Positions 41,755-53,249 of a DNA stretch of 64,000 bases are shown here, piece by piece. Source of the DNA: Epithemia pelagica (taxonomy: Eukaryota; Protista; Bacillariophyta). The translations under genes and the position numbers were made by a program. The DNA lies in NCBI GenBank assembly GCA_946965045.2, contig OX337233.1, positions 2,852,001 through 2,916,000 on the forward strand, written 5' to 3'. Below the pieces are notes generated by a model. The model worked only from the letters and a program-made list of their open reading frames with translations. It was not told the origin of the DNA and ran no database searches. The first letter of the stretch is position 1. Every line of letters begins with the position of its first letter.

Positions 41755-43031
41755 CTATGTTATCATCGTTCCAAGGCTCTTGAGGGTGTTTGACCACAGA
41801 GCATTGCTTACGTTCTACTTGATGATCCCACTCAGAATGTTCACACTGCCGTTTGCCTTTGATTTGGTGCACACGGGAACTATTTAGCACGAACATCTGC
41901 ATAAATCACTACATAGTCTTGCGCGCAACTGAAAAGACAAATAACAGAACCTTCACGTCGAATCCTTGGTAGATTTTGGCTCTCAGGGATCGCTATTAAC
42001 TTGCACACTTGTACCTGCAAGATTAACACAGGATGTCTTCGTCAGCACCCGTGGTCGTGTGGACAAGAAAGTCAGTCCTGATTCTGTTGGATGTCTCATA
42101 TCGAACACAGTAAGAAGCATGGCCGTTCAACCACCCTGATCCGGAGAATTTTCTCCGAAGAGGAGGGTTTCTTGTGGTGCCTCAAGTGACGGGATTTCCT
42201 GGACAAGATTAACCTCACTGTATTGAGAGCACTGGACCCAACAATTTTTCAGCCTGGTCATCCACTTGGCAAAGATTTCAGTAGGTTTAGAAACCATTCA
42301 AATATGCGACGCTGGACGATTGCTTTGGTGTTTACTCGTGATCTTACCCTGAGCCATTGAGAGCAGGGGGGCTCTCCCGAATCGCGATGCCCAAACAAGC
42401 GAGGAGAGCACACCCACAGACAGTTCGGCGTCCATCACATCCGTCTGTTGTTCATCACCGCTCCATACGAACCGCACCTGTTTCCCTTCTATTGATGATG
42501 GCACTGAAATGGAAACCGCGTACCTCGTACGTTTCTTTGTTCTTTCCACTATGATAACTAATATATGCTCACAACACACATTGGTAGGGAACGAACGCCG
42601 GTGAACCAGGATAGTTTGGGGACTGGCATGGACTACGTTCGTGCTTGGAACACCGACGGTCGACTAGAGGAGGCATATCTCAAGCGCAAGAAGAATACTA
42701 CACTTTTCTACGCCAATAGATCGATGATGGACGTCGTTACGGACACTGAAAAATTACACAGTCAGTGACGCAACAGTGGAATTGCGTGTACCTTTAGGAC
42801 AGGTTCGCCTTGTAGAGGCTCGGGCCAGATACTATAGTAGAGGGCTGGTGCATTCCTCGAAACGCCTGAAACAGTGGTCCACAACCACATCCAATAGACC
42901 TCCATGGCTCGAATCCAGCCTTTCTCGATGACAGGAATTCCATGGCTATTGGTTGTAGTTCAATGGTCTCTGGTTAGGAACGTCATTGAGGACATGAATT
43001 CTTGTTTGGGACGCCGCGGTGGCCGTTCCTC

Positions 43032-43967
43032 TTACGGCTGCTTGTTCTTGCCATGGCTTGCTGTTCTTGTTGCTGCAGCTCCGGCAGGGTCTCCTCCTCC
43101 TTCACTTTTTCCAAAGCAGTCCAACAAGAGTGTCCAAAGCGAATACAAGGCACAAACCAGGGCCGCTCCAAAAGAAAAGGACGAGACCAACTGGAGAGGA
43201 GAACCACAGTCTCGGGTAGTAGCTCGCTGCCACAATATGTGACACAAATCCAAGGTCATGGCGCCCAAATGAGGCCAACAATTGAGCGTACAATTAATGC
43301 GCGACAAAATGGTGGACAAGAACGTGACAACAGTCCATCCCACGGTACACGCGGCCCATTGCCGACCGGGTTGCAAGAGTTGCAATTCCAACAAGAGGCG
43401 AGAGGTGGCCCCCAGAACAAACAAGAGGACGGAGGTGAAAAAGGACCATCGGGTCAAGACAAATTCCAAATTCAAGGGACCCCGCAAAAAGTGATAAACA
43501 TCGGGATACGTCGTGGCACTAGCCGCAAAGGATTGGGGACTGTGCAACAACAGGGAGGTATTGGCCGTGGTGGTGGTCACGACGGTGGTCATGGACAAGA
43601 GAAAGGACAGCAGTGCCATGGTATGGTAGAGCCGCAAGACGATCCATTCGACCCGATTGTACCGACTGGTGGCCTTGGTTTGAGCGGCCGGTCCGACGAG
43701 GGAAAAGAGTGCCGCCACGGACGAGCCGGCAATCAACATGGCTGGCACTCGCACGCCTCCAAAAAAATTAATCGATGGTTGAATCAAGGACGATGCGGCC
43801 GAAGCATGTTGTTCCAAGGCAGCTGCCGCCGCCGCCATGGCTGTACCTTTGGACGCTGAGGAGGAAAAGGGGGACGACGACGGCATGAGACCTGCTGGAA
43901 GGTGGGGAACTCGTACCAGCATTCGATCTTGGTTTCTTGGTTTCGACGAGGACGACAACAACAACAC
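43032..43967 (-). CDS. Uncharacterised multi-pass membrane protein
   Basis: 311-aa ORF with about five hydrophobic helices and non-repetitive composition. Confidence 0.65.
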   Translation of the reverse strand: MLLLSSSSKPRNQDRMLVRVPHLPAGLMPSSSPFSSSASKGTAMAAAAAALEQHASAASSLIQPSINFFGGVRVPAMLIAGSSVAALFSLVGPAAQTKATSRYNRVEWIVLRLYHTMALLSFLLSMTTVVTTTTANTSLLLHSPQSFAASATTYPDVYHFLRGPLNLEFVLTRWSFFTSVLLFVLGATSRLLLELQLLQPGRQWAACTVGWTVVTFLSTILSRINCTLNCWPHLGAMTLDLCHILWQRATTRDCGSPLQLVSSFSFGAALVCALYSLWTLLLDCFGKSEGGGDPAGAAATRTASHGKNKQP

Positions 43968-44013
43968 TGAATGAGAATCACCACCTCTCGGTTCCGGCGC
44001 TTAAACGAAGAAT

Positions 44014-44037
44014 GAGAGAGAGAGAGAGAGAGAGAGA
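44014..44037 (+). repeat. (GA)12 microsatellite in a divergent promoter
   Basis: Read directly from the sequence. Confidence 0.95.
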
Positions 44038-44352
44038 GTGGAGCGTGATTGGAAGCTGTTGGCACAAACGAGCAGCCGTTTGGTCAGAATTTTATATCAT
44101 GGTTCTGTGTTGTAGGCGTATCTTATTGTGTGTGGCGATAGGATCTTTTGGATCTTTGGGGCCAGATATGTAAATAACGCTAAGAAGTTAACATGTATCT
44201 TTAGAGACCGCTCGAAAGTTCTACCATTTGGGTTCTTATGATCTTCTAAAAGAATACGCTTCAGCGTTTTGTATCCTTTTTTGGATCCAAAACCCCGAGT
44301 GCTTGCAATCGGAGGCGCGACGTCAAGGGAGGAGATCATTGCTCTGTGAAGT

Positions 44353-45654
44353 ATGACAACAGTGCATCCAACAACGCTCCTTGTTCTCCTTGCCCTCACC
44401 ATCCTCCTCCTCATGAGTACAGGCACCACCTCCAGTAGTAGCAATGACAGCAACCACCAAGGTTTGGGTGTGTATCGGTACCGTCCCACGGCCTTGGCCG
44501 AATCCTATCGCCAACTCCAAGAAAGTGCCGATTCCTATGTGAATCAAGAGATTCCTTCCCTGTCGCGCCGCCAGGATGATGACGATGCAACCACAACGAC
44601 AACAACAACAACCACCCCTCCTGCCACCATGGGCCGTCGAGGTCGTCCGGCCAAATTGGTGGTGGCCGCGACGCAACTCACGGGGGCCGGCTTGCCCGAT
44701 TCCACTCTGGAAGGGTATTGTCAACGGGCCGAACAAGCCATTGTGAAAGCTATTGAACAAGAGGGGGCCCATATTGTACTGTTGCCCGAACTGTGGAGTG
44801 GTCCCTACTTTTGTCAATCCCAAGAAGCCAGTCTCTTGACCTTGGCCGATCCCATTGGTGACGACGAGGTCAACCACAAGAACCACAATCAAAACAAGGA
44901 CCCAAACTCGCACAAGGTGCAACACGTCTTGTTGCGACGCATGCAACGATTGGCCCAACACTTCCAAGTAGTCTTGCCCATTTCCGTTTACGAACGATGC
45001 AATAATGTCTTGTACAATTCCATTGTCGTCTTTGACGCCGATGGGACCAATTTGGGTACCTATCGCAAATCGCACATTCCCGATGGACCGGGTTATCAAG
45101 AAAAGTTTTACTTTTCTCCCGGTGATACTCAGGGCATGGGAGTCTTTGACTCGCACGTCTTGCAGTGTCGCCTGGGCGTGGCCATTTGTTGGGATCAATG
45201 GTTTCCCGAAACGGCGCGGTGCTTGGCCTTGCAGGGATGTCAGGTCTTGTTGTATCCCACGGCCATTGGCAGTGAACCGCAAGATCACACCTTGCATTCG
45301 GCCGACCATTGGCAACGGGTCATGCAAGGCCATGCCGCCGCCAACATGATTCCTGTCGTGGCATCCAATCGGTTTGGCACAGAAATTCTCTTGCCCAATG
45401 ATGACGACACTACCAGCAATACAGAACGACAACGAATTCACTTTTATGGCAAATCCTTTGTGACGGATCACACGGGTGCCATGGTCGCCCAATGTGCCGA
45501 CAATACCGCCGAGACACCGGTCGGAGTGGTGGCGACGACGATTGACATCCAACAACAACAACTCGAACGAGCCGCCTGGGGCTTGTTTCGAGATCGACGA
45601 CCCGACTTGTATGGAATTCTCTTGACCAAGGATGGCCGAACGCCGGCAATCTAG
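44353..45654 (+). CDS. aguB: N-carbamoylputrescine amidase (nitrilase superfamily) with an N-terminal signal-like extension
   Basis: Triad motifs LLPEL, YRKSHIPDGPGYQEKFYFSPGD, ICWDQWFPE; also AIGSEP, HWQRVMQGHAAAN. Confidence 0.93.
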   Translation: MTTVHPTTLLVLLALTILLLMSTGTTSSSSNDSNHQGLGVYRYRPTALAESYRQLQESADSYVNQEIPSLSRRQDDDDATTTTTTTTTPPATMGRRGRPAKLVVAATQLTGAGLPDSTLEGYCQRAEQAIVKAIEQEGAHIVLLPELWSGPYFCQSQEASLLTLADPIGDDEVNHKNHNQNKDPNSHKVQHVLLRRMQRLAQHFQVVLPISVYERCNNVLYNSIVVFDADGTNLGTYRKSHIPDGPGYQEKFYFSPGDTQGMGVFDSHVLQCRLGVAICWDQWFPETARCLALQGCQVLLYPTAIGSEPQDHTLHSADHWQRVMQGHAAANMIPVVASNRFGTEILLPNDDDTTSNTERQRIHFYGKSFVTDHTGAMVAQCADNTAETPVGVVATTIDIQQQQLERAAWGLFRDRRPDLYGILLTKDGRTPAI

Positions 45655-46286
45655 CTAGCTAGAGAAGGAAGAAAAGTGTAAAAGGAGAGAAGAGAACTGA
45701 ATACTCTGGGCTCTACTTGTTGTTTTCAATAGAAGGGGAGGATATATATCCCTGTAACGCCTCCACAATCTGCGGAAAGCATTCGAACCGCCGTCTTCTT
45801 GGTTAGGAGTACCTAGGTAGGTAGATGACGGATGATAGCTACCTCAGCTAACTATATACCTAGCTATGCAGGTAGTTCGTCTCACATTTTTATTTTACAG
45901 TAGAATTTTATTGTATAGCCGGGAAGTAGTGATCGTGCGAATCGCGCGACATCATGGGTGAACCGCGATAGGAACATTATGTCCCTACGACATCCCATCT
46001 CATAATAAAACCGGGCGGTAGTCACTACCTACATATCTAGATATAAAGTATCCCCTGTGATTTCTCATTCCTTCCTCGTCGGGCGCCCGGCTTGTCGGGA
46101 GAATGACTCGACGGGCATATGTCTTGTCGGGCATGCGCCCTCCTCGAACATATGCCCTTCTCGTCATTCTACCTTCCGCGCCGGGCGACCCTCCTCTAAA
46201 GGAATGAATCACCGTGAAGTAGTCTTACTACTCCCATGTGATTATGGGAAAGATACTTTTTTGTCGAAAAGGTATCTTTTCGGACA

Positions 46287-47457
46287 ATGGTTCTGTGCCG
46301 TTTGGTGCGCTTCGTTCTGTCAATCACTCCTCGTTGCATCCAGTCTGGTTCCAACCACCACCACCACCATCACGCCTTTGTCTCTCGTCCATTCAGTGCT
46401 CCAGGTCCTATTATCACCTCGACCATGCATGCCAGGAAACCAACCAGACCATGGCGGTCGTCCTCCTTGTCGTCATCGTCGCCCTTGGGATGCGATACCT
46501 TTGTCGCCTATCCTCCCACGGCTCCTCCCGGGACGGTGGTATTTGGCAAAAACAGCGATCGACCCAACGGAGAAGGTCAAGGCATTTGTCGTTACGAGGC
46601 CCAGCAGTATTATGATACTAGTACTACTACTACAACAACTGGCCAACCTCAAATGGTCCATTGTACGTACATTTCGATACCACAAGCATCCCAAACCTAT
46701 GCGGTTCTCTTGTCGCAAATTGATTGGATGTGGGGTGCCGAAATGGGAGCCAATGAACATGGTGTGGTGATTGGCAATGAAGCGGTCTGGACCAAAGTTC
46801 CCCAAGAACATGAATCGTTGCTCTTGGGCATGGATTTGGTACGATTGGGATTGGAACAGGGACCAACGGCGGAACAGGCTCGCACCATCATGACGCAATT
46901 ATTGGAAAAACATGGTCAAGGCGGTCCCTGTGCCTATCAGGATCCTTCCTTTACCTATCACAATTCGTTTCTTGATTGCCGATGCCACGGAAACATGGAT
47001 TTTGGAAACGGCCGGTCGACACTGGTGTGCTCAAAAGGTAACGGCCGGGGGACGGAATATTTCCAATGGTCTCACGATTCGAACCCAATTTGAGTTGTGC
47101 TCACCTGGTTTAAAAGACTATGCCCTCCAACACAATCTTTGGAATGGCCAGGACGCGTTTGATTTTGCCAAGTGCTTTCGTCTCGGTGGAACACTGGAAG
47201 CCGAAGACGAGGAGTCACGTCAAGTGTGTGGTCAAGCCTTGTTGGACCAGCATGAGAATCAATCCAGTTTGGATCCTCCGGCCATGATGACAATCTTGAG
47301 AGATCACCCATCGGGCATTTGCATGCATGGAGCGGGTTTTGAAACCACGGCCTCCATGGTCTCGGAATGGAATTTGCAAACCGACACGGTCCGACATTGG
47401 ATGACGGGACAACCGCATCCCTGTCAGTCCGAGTTTCGGTTGCAACCCACGCTTTGA
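46287..47457 (+). CDS. Secernin / peptidase C69 family; one extra T at 46968-46970 shifts the frame; start at 46287 or 46425
   Basis: GCDTF, GKNSDRP, WMWGAEMGANEHGVVIGNEA, LLGMDLVRL. HNSF joins LIAD...LETAG if TTT is read as TT. Confidence 0.88.
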
Positions 47458-47953
47458 CACAACAGGCCTCGGGAGAAACGACAGCTGGAAGGAACTCTGT
47501 GTTTCGTGTTCTTGAGAGACGCAATCGAGTATAAAACGAGTGTTGAGATCAAGTATAAACAAGTGTTGATTGAACTACAAACGAAAAAGGAACGAGAGGG
47601 AAACAGAGATTTGTACCATTTCCAGGAGGAGGATCTCCCTTGGCAGTGACAGACCAGGCTCTAGAGCCGACGCAACAAGAGAGAGACATGCCGATACAAA
47701 AAGGAGGTGTGTGAGGGGGATTCGGTTGTTTTGTCAGCCGCAGTAAAACCACCATTGGAAACGAATTGAAGTCGACCAGCGTGAGACATGGAATGTGAAA
47801 CTGTCTCTCTCATTTCACACTACTTGCGACACACAGAAGCGACGCCTTGTTCGAGTTCGAACAAGCATCCTACAGAAATACATGGAAACTCCCCAAAGCG
47901 CAATTGGATTGATGCGGTTGAAATGACTTTCTACGTGTTTCCTATAAGCTTGA

Positions 47954-49191
47954 CTAATAGTCATTATTGTCCTCACCCAGGAGGTCCATTACTTGCCACG
48001 CTGCCAGGGTCCAGTCGTCACCACAAGAGGCATCATCTTCAATATTATCAACAGAACAGTAGTGGTCCAGGTCAAACCCACCTCGTTTCTTCGACCCGAC
48101 TTTTTGTCCTCCTCCATGTCGTTTTGTCAAGACCAAGTAAACACCAGGGTGATTGCTCTTGTTTTCATATTCGTAACTGCCCGTTGCACTGTTCGCTTTG
48201 ACAAGATCATGGCTCGTAAAGGTCAGTACTGTTTCTGGGGCTGGATCGGATTCAGGGTCTTGAGACAGTAAGTTCTCTGTTTTTTGCTGCTTTTGGGGGG
48301 CGACCGGTTTGTACATGATGGAAATGGGTCGACGAAAGATGTCACCACAATATGTCTGGGGAAAAGCAAACTGGTGATGAGCCAGTTCGGTTCCATTGAC
48401 ACGAATGGTGATGTCAAATGTTCCTTGACCAAAACAAAGGTCCGGACGAGCATTCAAAAATCGCAGTGCCTCCGAGGGACCTTCGCCATATCGATTCATT
48501 TCTTCGACCAATGCCTTGTGCAAATCAAAACTAAATTTGGAAAAGAGACGAGAAATGGAACACACTTGTTCCAGGTGGGTTTTGTTGATGAGATTGTCCT
48601 GACAATAGGCACGGACAAACTTCACATCTAGTCCGGCAAACTCTAATTTGTAAAACAACCGCCCCGGACGATTCAAGAGGTTCTCATTCAAGCCCTTCTT
48701 GTTGTTACAGGTCAGTATGAATAGTTTTTGGAATTGTACAAGCCATCGAGCAAGGTCAAGAGTTTTTGTTGATGAGACCCGCGGTTGAAGACCTTTTCAA
48801 ATTCGTCCAAGAGCAAGATAGCTGGTTGATCAATGGATTGAATAAAGGTATTAAAGGCCTCACCGGCACAATCGGACGTGTTCACCACCAATGTGGGAAT
48901 GCCCTGTTCGGTTCGAGCATTGGCGGACACAACCTTGGCCTTTTTCTCCCATGAGCAAGACTCCTGTTCCGGAGGGCCGGTCCAGAAAGGTTTGCAAATT
49001 CGATCCGCGTTTTGCGTGGTATTTCCATACAGCTTGGGTGGGACGGTCATGTCTTGGATGGTTTCCAAGTAAAAGCCTTCTTGGACACTATACTTGACCG
49101 AATAGGTTCCGGCAGGCAATGTATCTTGAAAGACAATCGACTCCTTCGGTTTGACATGGAAGGTATTTCCTTGTTTGAGAAAGAGCGGCAT
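47954..49191 (-). pseudogene. Intronless AAA+ ATPase of a phage/bacterial-type family, with three lesions
   Basis: ATG 49191 (MPLFLKQGNTF). Walker B LLLDEFEK, LLTLLDG, NRPGRLFY. Frameshifts at ~48997 and ~48727. Walker A reads GEKG directly into KVVSAN with GKT missing (~48939). Confidence 0.82.
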
Positions 49192-50010
49192 GGTTGTTTG
49201 ATTTGGTTTCTTGGTTTGGTTTCTTGTTTTGGTTTTTGTTGGTTGGTGGATTTGTGCGATAACAAGAAGAGGATTGCAAAACTGGAAGCCCACGTCTCCC
49301 GCCCAGTCGCGTTCGCATATCCCAAACACAAATCTCAATCGCTTCAGTCGCTCAGCAACAACTTTTTGCACCTCTTTGGCTTTCGATGATATACCACAAC
49401 AAAGAGTGACATCAGCTACATACTTTATATTCCTTTTATTTGAAAAAGCACCACACTTCCGGAGACACAGACATCTTTCTGTACGCAAGTACGAGTTCTT
49501 CAGTGAGTTCAGCAGCCGACAAACTAGCTACGGTAGGTAGGTGGATCCGCTCGACATCCAACCCCAAACAACACAACAGTAGAGAAGGATGACCCAGAGA
49601 GAAGAAAACTTCCTCTCAGCTGTAGGATAAACTCTCATCATAGAAATGACGCATTTTCCCTTTTGGTTGAGCGAATACCTCTAGTAGAGTCAAAAAAGGG
49701 TGTAGTAAGTAGTAAAACTTCCCGCGGATACCTACCTACTCCTAGGTAGAGTCTATCCAGGGCTATGTAGCAGTTTTGGTAGGTAGCTCCTTCTTATCGT
49801 ACTCCTCAAGGTAGTCTCATCGAGAGTCGACCATCATACGGTTACTGAACATTTGATCTACTCTTAAAAACTCACCATAAACAACAACAACATAGGCATT
49901 TCTACTGTTATCGGTATGAAACTGCGACAATGGACAAACGAAAGCATCTCTATCGATCGCTGCAGCACTGCACGCATCTTTGTCTAGGTAGGGAGTCTTG
50001 TTGGTCTTTT

Positions 50011-51303
50011 TCAGGAAAGAATTTGAATTTCTTGATTGGCATCAATATGAACAATTTGTCCTTGGCATTGCTCGTTCATTTTGTCGCATCCATATTTGCC
50101 ATTGGCCGCCACTTGCACCTTGTCGCCGGGACAATATTCATTGTAACTGTTGCGGAACCACCGACTGAGCGAGGAATCAATGGCCAAAAATTGTTGATTG
50201 CATAGAATGCGAACATCATCGTCGGGTGTATGTCCTACACCCAACCGAACTGCTTGCGGAGGCAACAAACGGGGCAAATAGGGACAGGCACCGTCTTGGT
50301 GATTGCCCCGAAAGGTTAACATATTGTACACCACTCGGCCTTCGGGTGTTTCTTGAATAAAGTCGAGTAACTTGTCTTCCTGCGCATGTTGGGCCAACTG
50401 TTGATTGACGCCTGTTACACCCAGCGCGGCAATTTGCTGCGCTCCCGCCGCACTAATGCCGCCATGAACAAAGAGTGTGCCATGCACCAAGGCCAAGACG
50501 GGTCGAGCTTCCAACCAGGCACCCAAGGATGTGTTGGATCGAAACGAATCGACATAATGTTTTTGAAAGTGTACGATACGTTCCTTGACCAAGGATTGCA
50601 AGTGGTCTGGTACAAAGTTGAGAATGGACTTTTCGTGAACGGCCTCGGACGAAGAAATTAAAATCTCACGATGCAAACGATGGCTGTACACTTCAATACT
50701 CGCATTGTACAAGGCCTCAATGACCAATTCATTGGAATCGCCACCCTCCGCCGGTTCCTTGGCAGATGGCAGATAGTTTCGATATTCGCCCGGATGCACA
50801 CTGGAAAAGGCCAATTGATAGTAGGCCGCGCCACCCCAAACCTCATGCCGTCGCTCATCTCGATCCAACAAGAGTTCCATTTCATGATTCCCCATCAAGG
50901 CTGTGACATGGTTGGGATAGTCTTCCGTCAAGGCCTTGACAAACTCCAAGGTTTGCTTGGCCGTCGGTCCCTTGTCGACATAATCACCCACAAACACCAA
51001 ATGACTCGAGGGGTCGACCCATTTTCCCGTGAGACGATCAATGACCCCCGTACGTTCTACCCAATGACGCGCACAATGAACATCACCATGCAAATCTCCA
51101 ATCACAAAGACGGATCCAGAACCTGTGGTGGTGGTCGTCGTTGGTTTTCCCGTGGTTGTGGTGCCGTCCATATGGGTGTTTTGGCTCGTCGACTGCTTCA
51201 CAGGTTTCCCTGTCTCTGCTTCGTCACGAACATCTTGCATCAAGAGAGCAATTCCCACCACAACAATGGCAGGAAGAATCCATTTCCACGATGGCAACGC
51301 CAT
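50011..51303 (-). CDS. Shewanella-like PPP metallophosphoesterase with N-terminal signal anchor
   Basis: GDLHGD, GDYVDKG, GNHE, HGG, GHT motifs in order; no GDxxDRG-type eukaryotic PP1/PP2A tail. Confidence 0.85.
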   Translation of the reverse strand: MALPSWKWILPAIVVVGIALLMQDVRDEAETGKPVKQSTSQNTHMDGTTTTGKPTTTTTTGSGSVFVIGDLHGDVHCARHWVERTGVIDRLTGKWVDPSSHLVFVGDYVDKGPTAKQTLEFVKALTEDYPNHVTALMGNHEMELLLDRDERRHEVWGGAAYYQLAFSSVHPGEYRNYLPSAKEPAEGGDSNELVIEALYNASIEVYSHRLHREILISSSEAVHEKSILNFVPDHLQSLVKERIVHFQKHYVDSFRSNTSLGAWLEARPVLALVHGTLFVHGGISAAGAQQIAALGVTGVNQQLAQHAQEDKLLDFIQETPEGRVVYNMLTFRGNHQDGACPYLPRLLPPQAVRLGVGHTPDDDVRILCNQQFLAIDSSLSRWFRNSYNEYCPGDKVQVAANGKYGCDKMNEQCQGQIVHIDANQEIQILS

Positions 51304-51626
51304 GGTTCGTCATGCATTTTTGGGATGGATGATCGCGCCAAGCCGTACGCACGACAGACAAAGCACTGTTTCTCGTGAGGCCAGCGCGCGCGAAAGGGGA
51401 ATACCATTGCCTACTGCTCTCCTGAAAGAAGAGACAAACGCCCAGTAGTAGTAATCGCAGCTACCAGATCTAACCCGACTCCTTCTGCCAGTACCTAGAG
51501 TGGAAAAACTAGGAGCAGGAGTACGTACTCCTAGAAACTATGAAATGATTTCAATGAACAATCAATAGTATGGTTGATTCCCTAAAAAGAATGTTTTTAT
51601 TATTATGAAATATCAAGCATGGTTTT

Positions 51627-53249
51627 TTAATAGACTTGAGGAGGAGAAGGAGCAGATGTCTCCATGTCGGTGGTATGGATGGGAGACGTGTTCGTGCGGT
51701 TCGTCCTGCTGGGGACTTGTTGTGCCAATTCCACTTCGGCCGACGTGTCACTGACACGGCTCAAGATCAAATTGCCATCGTCTTCGTCTTCTTGACCCTC
51801 AACAACCATCCACGAGGAGGAGGGCCGCGACGACGACAAGAACCCTCCAAACAAGACCGTGGGCAATCGTCGCGGTCGCCTCGCCTGTTGTGGTTGTTGT
51901 CGTCGTCGTCTTGCCGTGGAAGCCTGAGCCGCGGCACGTTCTTGGACGTAGAGGAGAACATCGTATTTGCACAAGGGGCATTTGGCTTGTCGTTCCGTCA
52001 ACCAAGGAATGATACATTCGGTATGAAATTTATGATGACAAGGCAATTCCAAGATGGTTTCCGGAGGAGCATTCTCGTCAATATCATCCAGGCAAATGGC
52101 GCAATGCAACGGAGCAGTTGGTTCGTCCTCCATACCCGACGAAGTACCATCCTCCTCGTCCTCCGATACGGTTGCCGAGTCTTGTGGTTGTTGTTCTTCC
52201 GACGATGAATGATTGGACGACGACGACATGTCGGCGGGTGGTGGTTGATTCACGAGAAGATAGTCTTGTACTTCTTCTTGTGTGAGCAAGGTCCGTGACG
52301 ATCCAAAGGCTCGTGCGGCCGTGGCAGCATCTCCCACGACGACCGGATCCGTATCGACATCGCCCATCAAAATCATCCACAAGGGCGAACGGCTCATGGT
52401 CGGATTGTCCCCGTCCGTCGTTGTGGGAGCTCGTTCCAAACGACGACCGTATTGCGCCGCCGCGGCACACATGAGAAAACAGCCACTGCAGGACACCAGC
52501 ATAAAGAACAAGCCCAAGGTGGAAATCAAGACATTGCGCAAATCTTGCGCCGTCATGACACCGTCCGGGGGCAATCCATCCATACTAATGCGGGGTCCTC
52601 CCAATGTCCTGTCGTGCGGTGACGCATTGGCAATGTACCGTTTCAAGGCGATACCGGTCCGATGTGTGACACTGAGTAATCGCAATCGCGTATCGCCATA
52701 TTCCGAATACATGGGAACCAAGACATCTTCTCCATCGTGATTGTGATTGTAAATAATCAAGTATTGGACGCGAAGGCCCAAGGATTCGGCAATCATGGCC
52801 TTGTAATGAAAGGGACACGAGCCTCGAGCCGCCAAGAGAACAATGGGTTCTTTTTCGAGCTCCTCGTCTATTTGGGATTGCATCGTGTTGGACACGGCCG
52901 ATGGATCGTCCAGGGGTGGAGTGTCCACTTCCGGTGCCAATTCGTTCGTGTTCTGGTCCTCCAGCGGCGATTCAATCTTGCCCACAAAGGAGGTTGTAGT
53001 GCTATTGATTTCATCGCATAAAAAGGGATTTTCCACCAAGTATTGCAAGCGTGCCGTATACAATCCTCCTTCTTCAAAGGGTGCTCCAAACAGAGCCGCC
53101 AGACTTGGATAGGCCATCAAGTGTTCAAAGTCTCCTGAGCTACTTGCATTGTTGGTGTATACCGTACCTGAAACCGGATCCAATTGTAGCAATACTATAA
53201 ATATCCAGCAAGAAGGTATGGCGAGCCTCCTGTTGGAAAATTTCATCAT
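51627..53249 (-). CDS. PA-domain, TM, RING-H2 E3 ligase (RMR/RNF13 type)
   Basis: Signal peptide, PA domain (LAARGSCPF...YLIIYN), TM, CAIC...CHHKFHTEC...CPLC. Confidence 0.9.
   Translation of the reverse strand: MMKFSNRRLAIPSCWIFIVLLQLDPVSGTVYTNNASSSGDFEHLMAYPSLAALFGAPFEEGGLYTARLQYLVENPFLCDEINSTTTSFVGKIESPLEDQNTNELAPEVDTPPLDDPSAVSNTMQSQIDEELEKEPIVLLAARGSCPFHYKAMIAESLGLRVQYLIIYNHNHDGEDVLVPMYSEYGDTRLRLLSVTHRTGIALKRYIANASPHDRTLGGPRISMDGLPPDGVMTAQDLRNVLISTLGLFFMLVSCSGCFLMCAAAAQYGRRLERAPTTTDGDNPTMSRSPLWMILMGDVDTDPVVVGDAATAARAFGSSRTLLTQEEVQDYLLVNQPPPADMSSSSNHSSSEEQQPQDSATVSEDEEDGTSSGMEDEPTAPLHCAICLDDIDENAPPETILELPCHHKFHTECIIPWLTERQAKCPLCKYDVLLYVQERAAAQASTARRRRQQPQQARRPRRLPTVLFGGFLSSSRPSSSWMVVEGQEDEDDGNLILSRVSDTSAEVELAQQVPSRTNRTNTSPIHTTDMETSAPSPPQVY

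Noticed and set aside
42033-42768. Possible small multi-exon gene or pseudogene (intron-like 42520/42527-42587; last exon ...GMDYVRAWNTDGRLEEAY...)
   Set aside because: Could not build one consistent open frame or recognise a family.
47846-47865. Hairpin CTTGTTCGA-GT-TCGAACAAG downstream of the AAA gene as a bacterial-type terminator
   Set aside because: No U-tract on either strand, and one such near-palindrome is expected by chance in a window this size.
51517-51532. Perfect 16-bp palindrome AGGAGTACGTACTCCT
   Set aside because: About one is expected by chance in 64 kb, and there is no second copy or other support.
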